64,000 bases of DNA, taken from assembly GCA_002811645.1 (NCBI GenBank), contig PDIP01000042.1, forward strand, positions 1 through 64,000. The letters run 5' to 3'. Positions 58,486 to 64,000 of the stretch are shown one piece after another (positions within the stretch are counted from its first letter, which is position 1; the number at the start of each line of letters is the position of its first letter). The position numbers were made by a program, and so were the translations under genes. The notes under the pieces are model-generated. The model was not told where the DNA came from. It saw nothing but the letters and a program-made list of their open reading frames with translations, and did no database searches. The stretch comes from Corallochytrium limacisporum Hawaii. Lineage: Eukaryota; Protista; Pluriformea.

Positions 58486-61400
58486 CATGCTGCTGATGGC
58501 AGCCATCGCAAACAAACTTTCAGCAATGAACTTCATGGTACTTATTCGGATTTTCAAGAACAATGAGAATCGTGTCTTCAAAGACGCCTTTGTGGTGATC
58601 TGTTTCCCCGATTTTCGTCAGATCCTCTTTTCCAATAAATACCTTCGTCGTTCATCCCTATTTCTCTAAAGGACTTTCATCTCTAAGTGTCCGTACCCCT
58701 CTAACTTGAACAGACCACACCTTAGCTAAACTCTGGTAGTAAAAGTTATGGTGTACACTTTCCACACCATGTAGTGCCTGATAGGAATGCCATACATGAG
58801 GATCACAATGGACGTGTTAACCAAAGTAAGGAATGGTAACCACTGGGGCTCGGTTTACATTGTGAAAAGGCACATAAATCTGCGCAGACGTCTGCAATGG
58901 CTTTGGCATTCGTTGGCCCGTGCTCGGTCGCCCTTTCCCCACCTCTCTCTCTCTCAGTCTTAGGGGTACGCTGTTTTTGCCTAGTAAGAACCCATATCAA
59001 CATGAGACATCTCGGTCCACTCTGGAATTTGCCAGTAAGTTTCGGTGCCCACGTTACGAACGCTGTGGTCTATTTGCAACCATTGGCCAAGTACGCAATT
59101 TTGTCCTTCTGGTGTACCTCACTTTGATTAGCAAGTACCGTCCATTAGCACCATTCAGCTTCATGCTGCATTACCCATTCGTGCTATGTCCCTCGAAGTG
59201 CGATTATGATGATATCCACCACAACAGCAACAAGGGGTAGTGCGTTGTACATGCGCAATTCCACAACGGCACATGCTGCTTTGTTCTCCGCTCTTGATAG
59301 TACAGTATGCGGAAATATTGTATGCTTATAATGAATGGTCAATTCGCGCCCCGGGCGGGCCCACGTATCCCGCTTCTGCTGTTTGCCAGATTTACAATGC
59401 GTTTCTATTCGAGACTTCGATATTGATAGATGGTGGATCAGCCATCTAAGAAGATCAAGGCTTTGGCCCGGGGTTTGAATTATCTCTTCTGTCCTGCTCA
59501 TTGAATAGCCAAGTGCCCTGTGATTCAATTTTTTGATGCACTACATCATGCCAGGTACCACTCTGGGTGAACAGCAGTTGGATGGTTTCTACAGTGAGCA
59601 CAAACATGGCAATGACTCCATATCCATGAGAGTCACGTCGTAGCGTTCTTGCCAGCTTTGCCTGACGATATTGGGCCGATACCAGTGCACAATATGGCAC
59701 AGAAGGGTCAGATTAGATTCCTAATAGTTTAGCATGGAGATTGTACACTTCCATGCTCCAGACAGTATCTACAGCAATCTCAGGACTTAGCTGCCCATTT
59801 CGAAATGGACTGGGGATGCTGTGCAGCTAGTTTTGATTAGTTCATTTTGTTCGACTGTATTTGGAAAGAAGATATTGCAAACGTATAATAACCATAGCGT
59901 GGTCGGCATCAGAACAGGGTCATATTGTGCAGTTGGAGTACTGGTACAGAATGCGCAGTTTTCCATATGCGGTTTCAAACGGTGCCCGATCACCCAAAGT
60001 CGAAGAGGACATGCTTTGCGGCCGATCAGCATAAATCAACAAGGCTGATCATCAGTGATCTGTAAATTGTGATAAGAGACCGCTAAGGTCTGCCTGCACA
60101 CTATGTTTAGGTGCTAACATTCTTAGGTCAGTTCAGTCCCGGTGTCACCCTATATACTACAGGAAGGTAAAGAGGTAGTTAGATACCGCCAGATGACGCA
60201 CCATCGGCGATCAGCAGGGAAATCAGGGGAGTCATAGATACTTCGCTGGTACAATGGATAACGCCGGTCATGCAATACTCCGAGACTCTGAGGCGAGTTC
60301 CCGCACTATACCGCATTGGTAGACAGGCATCGTCATCACCAAGGCGTTCAGAATATTTGCTGGCGATATCCCGAAGAAATGGGACCTATTTGAACGATCC
60401 CCGTAACTAACCCCGAGAGCAAGAGCGAAGAACGCGATACATCCGCCCACACTTCTATGGAAAATCCAAAGTCTTGCGTTGGAGCCCCTTGAGGATTTTG
60501 GCTCATGATAGTCCACCGATGGTAAGATAGTTAGCTTCGGGTTTTACTTGATCTGGAATCGTTTACTTGGTGCCATCCCTTGTGTCGGAGCTATTCTTAG
60601 TCAAACCAGGCGAAAACGGAAACTCCGATTACTATTAAAGTTCGTGATTGCGCTGGATCTGCACAAAGGGGGTCAAAGGCGATCCATTCAGTCTAATTCT
60701 GTCAAGTGGACCTGCGACAGAGAGGGGTAAGTAGTTCTTGATCCTCACACATATCTCCCCAGCGGACTTCAACTAAATTAGGGGGGGGGGGGGACACCCC
60801 GTGTGCCAGCGCTGGAGGTTTTTTGCTTAGTGATTCAGACCGACAAGACCGATAGTGTCCTCCCTGGCCGTGTCGATTGGGGGCGTGTGGTAGGGAGTTT
60901 GAAGTTAACTTACTACTCCCAAAGATGGTCCGAACAGCAATCAACTCGCATGAACGCATGCATCGGAATTTAGCGCCACCATCTCCAAACCCTGAACACT
61001 GACATAGGCTCCGATTGGACCAATCCCAAAGTTCACGGCCAGGATGATATAGAACCAGGGGCGCGTTGAACAAGCTATCGTCGAGGTTGACATATTTTGC
61101 CCGATCACTGAAGCATATCAATGCACCTTCTTCAGTATAGAGTTATCTTTAGCTGGCTCTCCCATGGTATATGCGTGTATGCATGAAGGAATTGGCTCCA
61201 ACCCTTGAGGCCTCAGCTTCATGATGACACTCGGTCTGGACATGTACAGGGAAGGTGTTTTCCTGTGCCTGTGTACCTAATTAGCATCGTAAGGCCGAAG
61301 AGTACCATCGCAGGGATTTCATAGCAGCAACGAAAACCAAGCCCAGCATGCCTGTTGACGAGCATCCCAGCGTGATGACACTGTGTTCTTGTAATTCCCG

Positions 61401-62256
61401 TGAGTCTCACGGAACTCAACGTGTAGTCCGCTGCAAAGGTAGCTCGACATGTTGCTACACTGATACTCAATAGATGCTGACATCAAGGCAGTAGAAGACT
61501 TCTCCGGCTGGACCAGCAGGGATCCGCTGCCTGTACGTCGGATCTGCAGCAAGTTGGCATCCGGAAGAATCAGAAAGTAGCTGAGCCCGGGCCAGCAAGT
61601 CCACTGGTTTGAAGAGTTCATCTTTAAAATTAGGCCCCCATTCCGGGATTCCTCTTTTTTAGATTTGCTTGCCCCGTGGGCGACGCCGTTCCACACAATT
61701 TTCTATTGACCGCACACCCACCGTAGTACTTGAACGGGGTAAACCCCACACACAGTTCATGTGCATTGTACCACTACGGTTCAAAAAGCATATCTTCCTT
61801 CCTGTGGGTCACCTCTGGGCCAATTCTCCATACTATGTAGAGGAAGGCGGGTACTTTCACCTGCGCCAGAAATGCTCCCGCCTGGGTTATCCAACCGGGC
61901 CCTACTGACTCATAATGTTACTATGGCGAGCAGACACTTCGCTGTGTGAATTCCGTTTACATTTAGAGATCCATGCGAGCCAGGGCCTTGGTTCGTGTCG
62001 TGAGTCCGTGCTGTCATCTACTGACCTACCAGCGGGTGAGTCCGAATGGGGAGAAGAAGGCGTACAACTCTACGCGCATGTCGATATTCTTGTACTATTA
62101 GCTGCATGCACAACCACTCTTCGGACACAGTGGAGCAGGTGTTTTCGGAGAAACGGAAGCAATTATGCGTTGATAGTTCTGAGTGAGTGATGTTAAAGTA
62201 TGCTTAACGGAATCGAATCGATTTCCTCGATCTGACACGGTTCAGAGGTATGCTTC

Positions 62257-63225
62257 ATGAAATTCCCCTGGATTACGCTTGCAGGAAAGCAGCAGCTACA
62301 ACGGGTGCAAGGGAGTGTCGTGTTGAGGCTTTGCAGCTGCCCTTATCTTGGAATTAATTCTGCAACGCGTGCAACGGTCAAATGGGATACGCCAGTCGCC
62401 TCCTTCTCGGCCCGTAGTTACAGTAGCAGTGGTGGTGGAACCACCAAGCATTTTGGTGAAATGGTTCATCGACAGATCGAGGAAGCCAAGACCTTGGTCG
62501 ACGGAGCCAAAACCCTCGTCGCCTTCTCTGGCGCTGGTCTCAGTGCCGAGTCCGGTCTCGCAACGTTCAGAGACACGGAAACGCATGCTCTTTGGAGTCG
62601 CTTCGATCCGCACGATCTTGCGTCTCCACATGGATTCGCTCAGGATCCCCAATTGGTCACGGAGTGGTACAATTGGCGCCGTCAAACTCTCGCCAATGTC
62701 AAGCCCAATGATGCACACAAGGCACTGGGCAAGTGTGACGCATTGATCAGCAACGTCACACAGAACGTCGACGACCTCTTGGAGCGTGGAGGCGTTAGCG
62801 GTGACAACGTACACCATTTGCATGGATCGCTCCTGTATGACCACTGCAATAATCATTGTGGACACTCGGAGATGGTGGATCTCAGTAATCCGCCGAATCT
62901 TCGGGACTGCCCCAGATGCGGAAGAGCTCCGATGAGACCATCAGTGGTGTGGTTTGGTGAATCGCTGCCCTCGAAGGCGTGGGCAGCGTCCGAGCGGCTA
63001 TGTCGCGAGGCGGACGTCCTTCTTGTCGTGGGCACTTCTGCAACGGTCTACCCTGCGGCCGGTCTAATTGATGTCACACGCATAGGTGGTGGGAAGGTCG
63101 TCGTTTTCAACACGAATCCATCGCAGGCAAGTGACAGTGCGGATGTTGAGATCATTGGGCCGTGTGGGCAGTACCTGCCGCTTGTGTTGGAATCGGTAGT
63201 TGAACGCGCGGAAAAGGAATCGTAA
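62257..63225 (+). CDS. NAD-dependent deacylase, class III sirtuin (CobB/SIRT5-like), with a probable mitochondrial presequence
   Basis: SGAGLSAESGLATFR, WYNWRR, PNDAH, TQNVD, HLHGS, CNNHC...CPRC zinc site, RPSVVWFGE, VGTSATVYPAAG; R/S-rich N-terminal extension. Confidence 0.93.
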   Translation: MKFPWITLAGKQQLQRVQGSVVLRLCSCPYLGINSATRATVKWDTPVASFSARSYSSSGGGTTKHFGEMVHRQIEEAKTLVDGAKTLVAFSGAGLSAESGLATFRDTETHALWSRFDPHDLASPHGFAQDPQLVTEWYNWRRQTLANVKPNDAHKALGKCDALISNVTQNVDDLLERGGVSGDNVHHLHGSLLYDHCNNHCGHSEMVDLSNPPNLRDCPRCGRAPMRPSVVWFGESLPSKAWAASERLCREADVLLVVGTSATVYPAAGLIDVTRIGGGKVVVFNTNPSQASDSADVEIIGPCGQYLPLVLESVVERAEKES

Positions 63226-63435
63226 CCAATTTATTTCACATGAAAGTTGGATGCTTTGGATTAGAATATTTAGATCCTTAAAAAGGTTTTGAAAATGGTG
63301 TCACGGAATCGTTTTACTTAGTTCGGGATCCACATAGGATGTGGATGGAAGAGCGCATATTGCCGAAGTCTGTTTTGGACTGCCTTTCAGTTTATCAAAA
63401 TCTTGTTCTTTGACTTTTCGATGACAAAAACAGCT

Positions 63436-64000
63436 TTACCGAATGACACGGTGCTTGCCGGAATCTGCTGAAGCCCCGCTGCTTGTGATAGGCTGCTGTA
63501 TGACGGGCACTGCCGGCGCAGAGGAAGTCCCATGCGTGGCGTTGCCAGTGGCCTTGTCGCCCAGAGCGAGCATATCACTCAGCGTCATCTGTTGAGATCC
63601 CAGGCGGCTGGCCTCCTTCTTTATGGTGATGAAAACTTCATGCATCTCTGTCATGGTCTGTTCCCATGTTAGACTTTTCCACCAAGTCTGGGCTGCCCTG
63701 GCACTTACCCGCTGATTGATGAGCTTCGTGATCTGCAGTTCAGGGGAACTGCTATCGTAGTCTGGAGAGAACGCCAGGCGGTACACTGTCAACTCTCTTT
63801 CAAGTGCTTCCTTGTCCTTGGCAGCCTGGGTCTTGTAGTCTTCGAGCTTCTTCTCTGTCTGGTACCATTGCACGCCTGCGCCAATGGCAACCATTGAGAA
63901 TATCAACGCCCCATTGCGCTCCAAGAAGTTTGGTTCTCGCTTGGAGACCTTGGATGCGTTGGCACGGACCTGTCCCTTGGGCACGGAAGTAACTGACTTT
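63436..64000 (-). CDS. Partial gene (5' end outside window): single TM plus coiled coil, unknown function
   Basis: Frame is open to the window edge; GALIFSMVAIGAGVQWY followed by EKKLEDYKTQAAKDKEALERE. Confidence 0.7.
   Translation of the reverse strand, partial: KSVTSVPKGQVRANASKVSKREPNFLERNGALIFSMVAIGAGVQWYQTEKKLEDYKTQAAKDKEALERELTVYRLAFSPDYDSSSPELQITKLINQRVSARAAQTWWKSLTWEQTMTEMHEVFITIKKEASRLGSQQMTLSDMLALGDKATGNATHGTSSAPAVPVIQQPITSSGASADSGKHRVIR

Noticed and set aside
60702-60790. Chitin synthase EDR-like motif (MCEDQELLTPL)
   Set aside because: No QRRRW motif was found in any frame of the ~120 nt checked downstream.
61669-62190. Two ORFs joined by an in-frame TGA upstream of the sirtuin
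   Set aside because: No recognisable domain, no SECIS, no TGA-CTA context, and further stops separate it from the sirtuin.

Overview
Eukaryotic window, apparently a chromosome or scaffold end. It opens with (CCCTAA)n telomeric repeats fused directly to an open reading frame that has no ATG. It then carries about 20 compact genes, none of which needs an intron: peroxisomal acyl-CoA synthetase, selenocysteine lyase, DPH3, a PRM10/ThrE exporter, QPRT, a USP deubiquitinase, a DUF4476 protein, a Tyr-motif-rich two-TM protein, a stand-alone voltage-sensor protein, WDR3/UTP12, an MLX-type bHLH-ZIP, SmE, CASP/Coy1, ribokinase, a TRIP12/Ufd4 HECT ligase, Ub-L40, a DUF1499-like protein, a class III sirtuin and a partial gene at the end. 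TTAGGG telomeres, MLX and SCLY with no coding introns suggest an intron-poor unicellular opisthokont, possibly a holozoan such as Corallochytrium (inference only). The most notable observations are: (1) the telomere junction lies inside a coding frame whose product resembles a dibasic-cleaved peptide precursor; (2) an EROS/CYBC1-like adaptor lies tail-to-tail with a voltage-sensor-only gene; (3) a ~9 kb microsatellite-rich gene desert lies upstream of the transcription factor; (4) a frameshifted coding minisatellite is followed by a probably decayed region at 57.9-62.2 kb. No CRISPR array, rRNA, tRNA or intact transposon was recognised. All family assignments come from visual motif recognition, not database searches.
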